From: Setoptus koraiensis
Taxonomy: Eukaryota > Animalia > Arthropoda
Direction of reading: 5' to 3'
Assembly (NCBI GenBank): GCA_048013815.1
Contig: CM106585.1
Coordinates: 992,001 to 1,056,000, forward strand
Length of the DNA: 64,000 nt
Part shown: positions 1-11,782 of the stretch, in pieces
Position numbering within the stretch: position 1 is the stretch's first letter
How the letters are laid out: every line of letters starts with the position of its first letter
Translations under genes and position numbers: made by a program
Notes under the pieces: model-generated
What the model was told of the DNA's origin: nothing
The model's database searches: none
The model's input: only the letters and a program-made list of their open reading frames with translations

Positions 1-3000
1 TTTTTTTTCAACATTTTTACAATTTTCAACAACGCCAAGTCCCATAATAGCCGACTCTGTTATTAATAATAATATATACTAATAGTAATGGTAATATCGA
101 ATAACATTGTTCTATGGTGCGCTGTTTATTGTTGTTGTTTAATGATTTAATACAATCTCTACAATCTAATGTGTTCTCATCTGATCATTAATTAATCACA
201 ACAATCTTTTGTTTGTTTGTTTGTTTGTTGTCCTAATATTTGTTGTTTGTTGAAGGTGCCGCCGCCGTCACGCTCGTTAAGCGTGGCTTCGAAAAAATGG
301 TGAGTCCCTTCAAAATTGGCGCCTTACCTAGACACGGTCACACAAGCGCGCAATCAACTGGTTTAGGACTGGTTAGAATAATTCGTTTCGACAACAAACA
401 AACAGCGACCAACTTTTATATCTCTTTACTTTTTACAACCGATACACTGTAACGATAACGACGCTTAGTACATAGTATCCAGTAAAAAGTGGACAATAAC
501 ATCGGTCTGGTTAGGCATGATTGTTGCCAATACACAGTGTACATGGTAATATTAATCTAATAATAATTGTTGTGGTTGTTACAGAACATCTTGCGCCAAT
601 TTCGTGCGTGTATCAGCTGTCTGAATATTTTAATATTTTGAGTTGTATCACCATTATTAACAATGTTCAACTCAAAAAATATTCAACCAGATAAAATATG
701 ACAAGCTTGCCTTAAAAGATATAGCATGCGCTTGGCGAGACTGGCCGTTTGTTGACCTAAGCGCTGACCAAACAGCGACCGACAACAGCGTTAATAATTG
801 TTGTTTTCTTATCTCAGAATTGTATCTCCCTCTTTGGCCCGCCAGTTCTGGCTAGATGTTAGTGGACACGCAGGATCGCAGTAGTATTAGAGAGCAACGT
901 ACGAATAAACTAACTTTATCATACGGAAGGATATCAATCATCAAGCAACAGAAACAGCAAACATGGAACAAACAGCAAACTTGGTACCACAACTCAAACA
1001 ACTCATTGTTGCTGGTCAAATTGTTCACTTCCGTCCAAGGGCACCCAAACGGCTGACCAAATAGAGGCACGCTTCAAAAGGTTACATAATATGAGCGAGG
1101 ACCCTGGTTGAGTAACTCGTTACAAGGACACTTTCATTTTCAACGGCCCATTGCAACAGCTAATACTAATAATACAACTCATTCAAACACTTAGCCCAGA
1201 TAAACTCAACTCTCATCGTTGTTCACAACCAACAAATTTCGCTACGTTATTGTGTCGCTGATTACATTTGGCCGGCGCCACAACAACACCGGACACACGC
1301 TGGCCACCATAACCACCGCACAGATTTCCTGCTGATGTTGCCAACCAATGTATTTTGGGGCCATTCTAGTCTGGCCAGACTATTGGGCATTTGGTGATGT
1401 ATGTGTTTGTTTGACTGACAGAGTGAATGAGTCATTTCACACAAAAGGCCGCGCCACTACTATATAGCATGAAGCGCCGCTGGCCGCTAATTCCTTAAAG
1501 CTGACCAAATAACAACAACAATAGCCAGCAACAATAGTAGCCCACTAACAACGGAGGAAGCCCAACTGATTAGATTTGAGCATCCATTGTTTGACATTTT
1601 GGTGGCACCACTTGGTTCGCTGTTGTCGTCGCCTTTCACCAACATAGGCCAGGCTAGCTGGCTGTATTGGCCTGTATTGCCCTGGCTTGACCACGAGAGC
1701 TGCGGCGGCAGCAGCAGTAGCAAAGTAGCTATGTGATTTGTTGTTGTTGTTGCTGCTGCTGTTGTAGTTTGACGTCCGATGTTGCCGATTGTTCACAAGT
1801 GTTATGTAACTCATGATGTACGTATAATGCCTAAATAATAATGTCGACAGCAGCGCCAACAACAACAGTAATAATAATAATAAAACATCTGCTGTCGGCC
1901 TCTCACAATGGGCACAAATTGTTGGTCAAAGGTTGGTCGGCTGGCTGGCGGCGGCAGCAGCATAAAATTCTGTGTAATGGCAAGTTGTATAGTGGATGAT
2001 GTTGGCGCGCATCAGAACTCACATAGAGTGAATACGCCATCTGACGTGGCTACACAACGACAAATGCGGACATTACCACCACTGGAGAGGACCCAGCTAA
2101 ATCACCATCGCTCTCAAGCGCATAATAATCATCATCAACGAACCTGGTGAATTCTTCGCTCCCATAGTGTACGTTCCATAGTTGTGTGTGTGTTTGGAAC
2201 CCGCCAAAGAGGATCAATTTAAACTTAATTATAATAATGAATCGTGTCGATATTGAGCGAAACGGCCAACAAACTCACTGGTGATGTACCGAGTAAAGTG
2301 ATTAAAAAAGTGGCAGTGTTGTTGACTATTTCGGGCTGGCCATCGGTTACAGCTCACAGCTCACAGCTCAATGAGCAGATCGGACAGATCAAAGAACGCA
2401 ATTGAGAATCAGATGAGATCATTGTTAACCGGTTGTTGTCCAAACCAAAGATGCTAGTGACGATTCCATGATAACTGCAATTGCTCCGACAAACAGTGAA
2501 AATGAGGAGCTTACCTCACCATTGTTTTATCTCGTCTCGCCAATACGCAACAACGGCAACAACAACAGCGAAATGAGCAGCATGATGAAAGGGCGAGATG
2601 CCGCTGTTGTTGTAGTTGTTGCATATGTGAGAGGGAAAGTTTGCGTTGGTAAGTTATGCTAAATTAATTACATCATCAACGTTATGCCTCCCATGTCTTT
2701 TGTCTATGCACAGACAAACTAGTGTTGCTTAAACTTAGCTAAGTGATCACCACCACTTGCCACGACGACGCCTGGTGGTTATGAGTGGTGCCAGTAACTT
2801 GTACACCAATGCTTAGTTATTCAGATGATGATGATGATGAGTTGATCAGCCTGATGTGGACCCAATTGAGCTGAAAATAAAAATTCCCATAGAGCGGCAA
2901 TCATCAGAGATGAGCTATAATGGAACAACAGCGAGGACAACAAAACTGGCGCGACTGGAACAACAACTACGACTGACAATTGTGAGATAACATTGCCGAC

Positions 3001-4665
3001 AACAACAACAACAATTGAAGATTTGCTCTTGTTGTGTTTGTCTTGTGCATTGTGGATTTAAATGGTTCACTAGTTTACTCCGGTTCCGCTGTCTGATATA
3101 ATTGAATAAGCATATTCAATTTGAGTTCAGTTGTTGCCTAACCGCCTAACTATCACTGGGACGCAATGGATCTGGACGGAAAGCTGTTGTTTTGGCTGCA
3201 TCTAAGCATGGATGCAATGGGTGGTGTGAAGTGAAATCAATCAGGAAATCAGTTGAAGTTGGAGCTCGAGTCAACGGAAGCTACGGCCGTCCAAGCGGCC
3301 GCTCGCAATGGGTGCTCCCATCAACATCGCTGGGCCACTCAAGCAACTCGGCCAACTCAACTAACTAAACTAACTTGACTAACTCGAACGCGCCGACACG
3401 CTGTTAAAATGGAGCTCAACATTTGAGCTGGCTGTTAGATCTCACGAGACCCACGCGATGATCAATGGCTGTCCGTTGCTTCGACGACGCCAAACCGACG
3501 ACCGAGAAAGCACCCACTGCAAGTCCGAGTAGTTAGAATTTGTATCACGTGCTCAATAGCAAACTATGGCGGCATCATCATGATGGTGCGTGCAATATAT
3601 AAATAAATGTGTGTGTATGTAAGACAGATGTGGATAATCTCATTAGAGATCATTAATTGAGCCATCGAAGCATGCATCACTAGCAGCGACGGCGACGGCG
3701 GCGACTAATGGGCAACAGACGCAAAAAATAAACTGAAAAAACTCAAGAAAACAAAAAGCTCAACTATGGCAAATGTGTTTAGGCTTATAGTTAGGCAACA
3801 ACTAATGACAAGTGCCTTGTATTGGTGGCACAAAAATGGTCTCTCTTAAATGAATAGTCGCATAAAATCTAAATGAATAATCGAATATCGCGCGCGCAGA
3901 TGTGGTAATTGAAATAAATTATGCACCATATCAGAGTTGCGTAACACACGAAAATGGTATTAGTCTAATTTGTATTAGTAGTATGTGTGATCCATTTTTG
4001 AATTTAAATTTGAATTTGAATTTAAATTTAAATTTGCTCTTGTTCCATCTATTACATACAACAAGGTTGGATTATCGAGCTGTTGATCTGTCCAGCGCCA
4101 TAGGGCTTCTTTCATTTGTGTGCGTAATTAACAAACTTGGCAACAACAGACACATCATTAGTCTACTACCGGCTAGCTAACTGATACTGCTTAGCTCGCT
4201 CTCTCGTTGCCCGTTGAGCTGATTCAACGAAGACTAATGATGATATGTAATCAAGAGAGATCGTTAAGTGAAAAGTGATTTTATTTCTATAGGCAACACA
4301 GTATTACATGGTAATGGAAGGTAATCTGTACTGGCCATACAACTGGACAGTGGCATGGCTCGTTAGTGGCAGCAGAAAGTGGCACCTCTGGATAAAAGAG
4401 CAACGAGGACACCTTCATTTGAATACCTCACTAAAATGTAATGTGTAATGTTCGGCATGCTGACTAATTAGTAAACGTGTATTTAGGGACATGATTGAAT
4501 GAGTGTTTGTTTGTATAATAACAGCAACCATGTAATGATGATCAGTGATTAGTTTAATCGACATCGGCTGTAAATGCATCGCAGTCGCCATAACATCATT
4601 GGCAAGCTGTATAACAGTTGCTCGTTAGTAATTTAGCATGACAAAAGTTGAGCTGATTAGGTGAG

Positions 4666-5955
4666 TTAGTTTGTTATCTGGCTGGTTAGCTTAAATTTGT
4701 CTGACCAAGCCTTCTTGCGTGCCACCCACCACGACTTGAGACGAGCACCCATTGAGACGGCCTTACCAAATAAATTGTTGTTTTTGACGGATATTGGCGG
4801 CGTCTCTTGATTAGTGGCTGCTGACTGATCGTCTTGATCCAAAAAGGTGCCACTAATGAACTTGGGCGCTTTCTCACCAATGTTCACCACACTGGCGCTC
4901 ACTTCACCAGCGTATTTACTACTGTTACTATTTTTACTGTTACTGTTAGTATTATTATTATTATTATTATTGATGGTAGTGTTACTATTATTACTGGCAG
5001 CGGTAGTATTATATAATGTGGTATTATACAATATGGTTGTCATGTTGGTGGTGTTGTTGGTTGCTACGTCCATTGATAATGATTTTATCCTTGAAATACT
5101 TTGCCCGACTTGAGCACTCAAGTGAAGGCCACGAACTAAATCGAATGGCCGATTCACTCTGTAGATTGTCGGGCCGATAATTGGCGGTGCCGTATGACCA
5201 TTATTGTGGAGACTTGCTATTTGACGCGGCCACAAGGCAAAAATATTTTTATTATCATCACCATCGTTGCTGGCATTTATCGATTGACCACTAACAAATA
5301 AATAGCTCGCTTTGGGGCCATTGGCATTCCAATGGTTGGAAGGGGAGGAGCGCTGCTTAATTGATAGGTATCGAACTAGTACCTGGAGGGCAGCTTTGAG
5401 CCATGTGTGCAACTTTGCAGAATTTAGTAACTGTTTCTCACAAACTGTATCTTGCAAACAATTATCATCGATATCATAGTGATCAACACTGACATGGGCA
5501 CTTGCGGCGTGACTCAGAGGCGTACCGGCTTGTTGCAGATAGTTGATTTTGTTGCTGTTAATTGTCGCTGATGGCACGTCCGATAAATGCAAACCAGTGC
5601 TTGTGGTCAGCGGTGGTGGTTGAGATGCCGCATGCGATGACCAGTCGTTAATTAAATGTTTGTCGGCCAACGGAACGAACAATTTGTGTTGGTTTGATGC
5701 TTCATTCACAGTTGAGTCATCTACGTTCACATGATGATTGGCTGGCATTGTTTGTGAGGGCGCAAAAGAATGGTTTAAGCTGAATTCCGGGCCCACATTA
5801 TGCGTACCGGCATGGGGATTGAAGTGCAAATTAAGCGGCTGCCATGGCCATCCAATTGATTGTGCGTTGATCTGAGTGGGAACATCCGTGGCGTGCATGA
5901 GTGAGCCAAAAACAATGTTGCAAAGAATGTTGATTGCCCCAAGTGTTGGCTGCAT
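4666..5955 (-). CDS. Orphan 429-aa ORF, probably a secreted, heavily N-glycosylated protein
   Basis: The stop-free frame runs 5982-4666 (438 codons), far longer than background ORFs here. The first ATG is at 5955 (MQPTLGAINILCNIVFGSLMHA, signal-peptide-like). It has an Asn/Thr/Ser-rich block with many N-X-S/T sequons. No domain recognised. Confidence 0.6.
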   Translation of the reverse strand: MQPTLGAINILCNIVFGSLMHATDVPTQINAQSIGWPWQPLNLHFNPHAGTHNVGPEFSLNHSFAPSQTMPANHHVNVDDSTVNEASNQHKLFVPLADKHLINDWSSHAASQPPPLTTSTGLHLSDVPSATINSNKINYLQQAGTPLSHAASAHVSVDHYDIDDNCLQDTVCEKQLLNSAKLHTWLKAALQVLVRYLSIKQRSSPSNHWNANGPKASYLFVSGQSINASNDGDDNKNIFALWPRQIASLHNNGHTAPPIIGPTIYRVNRPFDLVRGLHLSAQVGQSISRIKSLSMDVATNNTTNMTTILYNTTLYNTTAASNNSNTTINNNNNNNTNSNSKNSNSSKYAGEVSASVVNIGEKAPKFISGTFLDQDDQSAATNQETPPISVKNNNLFGKAVSMGARLKSWWVARKKAWSDKFKLTSQITN

Positions 5956-6586
5956 TCTACTCTGTGTGTATGTGTAGCCCACTTCTATTAGGATATCAAC
6001 AAAGTGTGTAGGTAGATGCTAGATGGTGCGATATTGAGATGGATTAATATTGACCGCTACGGTTGATAGCTGATAGTTTTAATTGAACATGAGCACAAAC
6101 AAACACGACGCGCTCGTCAATGGTCACCTGTTGCCAGACGAAGACGATGACGCAAGACTGATAATATTTTGCTGGCTATTGGATGGCGTCGATGCAGGCA
6201 AAAGAGAAAGCTCAAAGTATCGATATGCAAATATGTATACGGTGGCATGTTCGTACCAAACAGGAAGTCCGCGTAACGGCGCTGTTGGGCCAGTTATACG
6301 ATGAGATATCGTAGTGGAGAAAAGCAAATAGACAAATAGCAACAATGGTTGCTATTTGTTATGTTGCAAAATGTGCGAGTCAAGTTTCGTTCCGATCATT
6401 GAGAGTGTAATTGAGAGAGTGAATTTGAGTAAAAATGAGATTGTTTTGTGGCCCGTTCAGACACACACACGCACATTGTGGCTTTGGTGTCACGTTACGT
6501 AATAGCAGTGGCGACAGTTTCCTAGACATACATCAATAACGCAACTGCACTGGATCGGACTGGACAAACTTGCCGTTTGTTGTCCG

Positions 6587-6587
<1 letters not shown>

Positions 6588-6635
<48 letters not shown>
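6588..6635. repeat. (TG)24 microsatellite
   Basis: Direct reading. Confidence 0.95.
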
Positions 6636-6639
<4 letters not shown>

Positions 6640-7860
6640 TCGCTTGTTCCAAGAGCCATGAGACAAGATGATGAATATCAATAAGAGCAGCTGATTGCGC
6701 AATAATAACAGAGGCTGTTTGTTTGTTTTGTCCGGCACCTAACAGCTAACTGGTCACACTCACAAGCAATTTGCTCGAGCGATAGCCAACTTCTCACAAC
6801 AGCGGAGATATGTTTAAATTTCAAATTGATGCAAACACAAGCGAGAGCCAAGAGAATCGATCAAACAGTCTGACAGTGCAGCGAGAGATGAATAGATGAG
6901 CTTTCACTGTCCGTATTACAGACCATGTAAGTTTGTAAGTTAGGCCCAAGTTTCAAGAGGAAGCGAGAGAAACATTTAAACAAATTACACACACACACTA
7001 TTTACATTACGTTAATATTACGTAATGTAGCAGCGTATAGTGAGCAGTGGCCAAAGTAAAGTTATTATAAAGAAAATCACGCTTAAATTTAAAACAAACA
7101 AACAGACAAGCGGACGGACTGGCGGACGGACTGGCGGACGGACGGGCAAGCAAACACAAACAAACAAACAAGTGAGCAAAGGGCCAATCAATCAATTGCA
7201 TCAGTTGGCCATTGAATTCTTATTTGAGTCGGTGGATAAAATTGTTTGGGTACGGTTGCCATGGATAGCAATGGGTCGGCGTTGCTTCGTTTTGTTTATT
7301 ACATTGCACTGTTATGTCGAGACACACGCCGAGTTTTGCTACGAACAACAACATCAAATGACCGATGAAAACAATCCGAGCTTGACAAGCTCAAGTTAAA
7401 TTTAGACACACACACAGGCAGCTTGTCGTTTGTTTGCTTGGCTTGTGGCGGTCGCTAGTTAGCGCCAGTGTCGCTTTTGGCGTGGCTTTTGTTTGCCAGT
7501 GAGTGTTACAAGGTTCTTATAAGGTTGTTAAGTTGAAACTAACAACCTTATAAGAGCCCCATAAGAAGAAGAGAGCGTTCGCTGCTTCTTTTTCCGTTGC
7601 AATAGCGGCCCTTTTCGGTGCAACACAAGCAGGCCATATCCACTATATCCAGTAACGAGCGGATAATCGATGACGGGCATCATGATTGATTGGATGCGTT
7701 TCTCTTTTGTTTGTGCTCGTTATTGCTTTATCTGTGTCTGCAACTTTAATGTCTTTAACTTTCTCTCGCCAACTACACACTGTACTCACTATACTCACTT
7801 GTATACTAGTCACACTAATTGATTATATAATCTCTCCATTGCGCAACAGCCAACAACCAA

Positions 7861-7950
7861 CCAGCAACAACCAGCAACAACCAGCAACAACCAGCAACAA
7901 CCAGCAACAACCAGCAACAACCAGCAACGACCAACAACGACCAACAACAA
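7861..7950. repeat. 10-bp minisatellite (CCAGCAACAA)x6 plus 3 degenerate units
   Basis: Direct reading. Confidence 0.95.
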
Positions 7951-8753
7951 ACCAATATCAACGTCAAACAAACAAACACACGATGCCGGCAAACAAGCAC
8001 TTCGAGCCAGTGACGCTGCTCTGTGGCGCCATCTGGTCGATGGGCCCACGGGATGAGTTGTCGCATTGAACTGGTAGCGTGTCTGCGAACAACCGGCCGA
8101 GCAAACAAACAAACAATCGAGCATGGGCAAACTTGAAAAAACTTTACTGCTTTGCAGCCGATACCGCGGCCGCTAGTGGGCTCCTCGGCGGTCCTCAACG
8201 ATCCTCAGTGCTGCACAGTATGGCCACACTATGGCGACAATGGCTCGCAAGTAGAAAGAATCTCATTAAATCACTTGCTCAATGTAAATCACTGCAAGCG
8301 CTCCATTTGGGCCGCTGCTGTGGGTGCAATTTGGGCCGAGTGGCCCCTAGGCGCGCCATCTACTGTTCGTTGTGTACTGACATGGTTGTGAGGGCCATCC
8401 ATTAGAGCGTGTTGACTTTTTCTTTGTCTCACTTTACGTTTGTTTGTATGTGAGCTGAGCACAGCGGATGGATCCTGAAAACATGGCAACTTTTTGCAAG
8501 TTGAATTGTCAACACTGCGCCCAATTGCAATAACAGTGCACATGCCACTGGCTTATCGATGATGATGAAATTGATTTATCCGTCTTTTAGGATTTTGTGC
8601 GTAACGGTTGGAGTTGGTCGCAACGGGGCGCTACCTGAGTGCAATCTGTATGCATAGATACACACACTCGCGGGCACTGTATCTGCACGGGCCAGTCATG
8701 AATCATGACAAAACGACAACAACAATACCTGTGCTTGCCACTTGCAATGGCTC

Positions 8754-8821
8754 GCCAGCGACGGATAAACGCGCGCCAGCGACGGATAAACGCGCGCCAG
8801 CGACGGATAAATGCGCGCCAG
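8754..8821. repeat. 21-bp minisatellite (GCCAGCGACGGATAAAYGCGC)x3
   Basis: Direct reading. Confidence 0.95.
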
Positions 8822-9157
8822 TGCCAACAATAGCGTTGTCGTGAATTGGAGCGTCGTTCACCGGCCGCCTGCAACAGTGGCCTCGATGTCTCAAGGCTCA
8901 CACTGGTAATCGGACGTTAATGCGATGGGGCAGCATTTGAAAACAGTTGGAATCAGGGCAAAAGAGTTAGGCTGGGGAATTTGGCTTGTCAGAGGGCTTT
9001 TTCGAGATTTTCTTTCTCTTCTGGCTAAAAGGGATTACATGCACACGCACGGCGCGCTACATTTGCCACGTGCTACACGCTGCAATATGGTTTGTATTGA
9101 TTGCAATTTGAATCAAAAGTCAAAAATGTAACTGCACCAAAATGCCAGTTGCCAGGT

Positions 9158-11782
9158 CTATTTGGTTTTTGAGTGTTGGCGCGCGTCCTTGCTGGCTGGC
9201 ACAAGAAGGCTTAAGAGTTTCGTTAGCAATCTTGCCATCGGTAGCTCGAACAAAATGTACAGCACAAACGACAGGCCAAAAGTGATGATAAATGTCAGCG
9301 AGCTCACTTTGTAGGCCTCAATCAGCAGCGTTGCAGCGGGCCGGGCCTCCTGATACGAGGTTAAAATATATATAATGACGTTCAAATGGATCAAATAGAA
9401 ACAATAGGTTAGCTTGCCCACTATGCGCCACATTTTGTTGCGCAACAACTGCTTCATCAATTGATTGTCGTCATTCGTTTGGCTTTGGTTTTGAGTTTGG
9501 CTTTGGCTTTGAGTTTGGGTTTGAATTTGGGTTTGAATTTGGGTTTGAGCTTGGGCTTGAGTTGGTCGTTGTAGCATGGATAAATCGGTGCACAATCGCA
9601 ACAAAATAATACACGTGACAGCGGGCGTGACGAAATTACCAATGAAACCAACTACGATCATCTGATTCAAATCGACAGGCATCTTGTGAACCATGTGAAT
9701 GTAACTGACCAGCGGATATTGCACAATATAAACGATGGCCGCTATGAACAATATGAGTTTGAATGGTGTTCCCTTCATCCAGTTTGGCCATTGTTTTATC
9801 TCTTGTTTCTCGTACAAATGCAAACAATAGCCAGCGTACAGACCAAACGTAACGGATGCCAGCCGATACAGTGAGCCAGTGTGGCCCGTTGAACTAAATT
9901 TGACAATTAAATTAAAACTGTACATTGTGCCATATTGATACAATTTCGACAAGTCTATAACCTGTTGTTGCAATAGGTCCAATGACATCTTGTAGGCCAC
10001 CATTGTGGTGATGGGCACAACCAAAAACAGTGCACTCTTTTTGAGGCCCAAACGTCTAATTAGATAAATTAGCACTGGCACCAGTAGAAATATTTGCGAA
10101 TCGGCCACCAAATACCATGTTATGCCATTGCAATCGGGTATGGGATTATCACCAAAGTTGCCTAACAACAATATCATCTTGTACCATGTGTTAGATTGAA
10201 TACAATTGCCCCTGTATGAGGTGTGTCTATTTGTGCCGTAATCCCACCAGGGTCCCTTGGCCACAAACACCTCTAGGCTTTTCTCGTAGGCATACACAAG
10301 CATGTACATGGGACTTATTCGGGCGAACCGTTGCAAATTTATCATAAACCACACATTGGGTCTAATTATGTGATGATAATTTTTGTCGAATTTCTTCAAT
10401 ATGACATAAGTGGCCAACATTCCGCCTAACACAAAGAACACGTCCACTGTTCGTAGCAGGGCAAAACTCAGACTGTTGGGCCAAAAGACGCCCTGTTCAA
10501 TATTGAACGTTGACGTGCTCACCATCCAACCGATAGAGGTGTAAGAGTGACCAAAAATGACCAACATACTCAATATGACCTTGATGAAATCTATGGCATT
10601 CAAATTGACCCGGCTATACATGGAATACTCACTCTTACTGTCGGCATTGTTGTTTGCACCGGAAGTGTGTGTGTCTGAAATATCCAAAAAGTGTCTCATG
10701 TTGGGCCCAATGGCCAGCAAATGCCCGTAAGATGCACACTGTTGTTTAGCTTTGTTGTTGTGTTTCATATGACACTTGGTGCTGTTATCTAGGCAACAAT
10801 GTTTTATGCTGTTAGCAACCACAGCCAGCAACCACATGGCGCAAAAGCCTATAAACAAATGGGAGGCCAATGTCAATTGTCGCATTGGACTTCGTTCGTC
10901 CGGCAAACAATATATACCCGACGACAACTGAAATCTGTGCTTGAGATATTGGGGAAAGTTCAATTTCAATATTCTGTCTATCGAGTTGTTGTACAAATTG
11001 AACGCTGACACTGAATCGCACGCTTCAGGCAAACAGAGGCCAACTTTGATTGTTGTGGGCGGCATTATGTCATCAATGTGCCAGCTTTTGGCCACCATCT
11101 TGCCAACGCAATATCTGGTGCCAATAGTGTCACCGCTGTCAGTGGGTATTTGTGCGCGCAAACATTCGCGATACGAGCCCAACCAATTGCTCTGGCCTAG
11201 ATAGGCCTCTACGCTGGGCCTACCGAACGACTCGACAAACTCTAACAATTTTATGCTGTTGTCAGCCTCAAATAAATACTGACCATCGCTACCGTTGTCT
11301 CTATTTAATCCGATTAAGTCAATGATATAATTTAAATCTTGGCCGCATTTACTACTGTTGCCAACTGGTTGTGCGGCCATTATGGCCTCGTGGTCGCTCG
11401 AATACAGCCAATGATCGCGCGAGCTAGGCGCGCTAACCATTTCCACAAATGTCTCCAAATCGTACAAGCGCCTATCTGATTCATTGATGCGTTTCGTGAG
11501 ACTTTGTTCACTAAACGGCTGCGCTGCTTCCTCTAATAAATATTCAAACGGTACCAGAATATCCTTTGGGTGCTGCAATTCTTTTCCTTGTGATCCCTGT
11601 TTCAACAAAAACGGATGCCTGACAATATTGTAACCATGCTCATCTCTGGCTATTTGTTTCCAATTAACTTCATTGTGAGTTGTCCTTGTTGATAGTGTGT
11701 TGTCATTGGCCACTGTACTACTCCTACTGAGACCACCAAAAAGTGTCACCAGGCAAGTTAGTGCCAGTGAGTGGCCGAACAT
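9158..11782 (-). CDS. Nose-resistant-to-fluoxetine 6 (NRF-6)/OACYL-like O-acyltransferase (NRF domain + Acyl_transf_3), single exon, 874 aa
   Basis: N-terminal signal peptide; NRF-domain motifs (SFGRP, NWLGSYRECL, RYC, GLCLPEAC); AT3 motifs (DFIKVILSMLVIFGH, VDVFFVLGG, RFARISP, TWYLVADSQ, GKLTYCFYLIH, LFELP); multiple TM segments. Confidence 0.93.
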   Translation of the reverse strand: MFGHSLALTCLVTLFGGLSRSSTVANDNTLSTRTTHNEVNWKQIARDEHGYNIVRHPFLLKQGSQGKELQHPKDILVPFEYLLEEAAQPFSEQSLTKRINESDRRLYDLETFVEMVSAPSSRDHWLYSSDHEAIMAAQPVGNSSKCGQDLNYIIDLIGLNRDNGSDGQYLFEADNSIKLLEFVESFGRPSVEAYLGQSNWLGSYRECLRAQIPTDSGDTIGTRYCVGKMVAKSWHIDDIMPPTTIKVGLCLPEACDSVSAFNLYNNSIDRILKLNFPQYLKHRFQLSSGIYCLPDERSPMRQLTLASHLFIGFCAMWLLAVVANSIKHCCLDNSTKCHMKHNNKAKQQCASYGHLLAIGPNMRHFLDISDTHTSGANNNADSKSEYSMYSRVNLNAIDFIKVILSMLVIFGHSYTSIGWMVSTSTFNIEQGVFWPNSLSFALLRTVDVFFVLGGMLATYVILKKFDKNYHHIIRPNVWFMINLQRFARISPMYMLVYAYEKSLEVFVAKGPWWDYGTNRHTSYRGNCIQSNTWYKMILLLGNFGDNPIPDCNGITWYLVADSQIFLLVPVLIYLIRRLGLKKSALFLVVPITTMVAYKMSLDLLQQQVIDLSKLYQYGTMYSFNLIVKFSSTGHTGSLYRLASVTFGLYAGYCLHLYEKQEIKQWPNWMKGTPFKLILFIAAIVYIVQYPLVSYIHMVHKMPVDLNQMIVVGFIGNFVTPAVTCIILLRLCTDLSMLQRPTQAQAQTQIQTQIQTQTQSQSQTQNQSQTNDDNQLMKQLLRNKMWRIVGKLTYCFYLIHLNVIIYILTSYQEARPAATLLIEAYKVSSLTFIITFGLSFVLYILFELPMARLLTKLLSLLVPASKDARQHSKTK

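Noticed and set aside
2414-2436. bantam-like start TGAGATCATTG
   Set aside because: Only the 5' half matches, and there is no complementary star arm upstream.
4293-4310. GNTVLH ankyrin-like peptide after a good acceptor
   Set aside because: Six residues only; no other ankyrin or TRP exons found in the window.
8754-8821. Short direct-repeat arrays as possible CRISPR
   Set aside because: Head-to-tail tandem units with no spacers, eukaryotic context and no cas genes.
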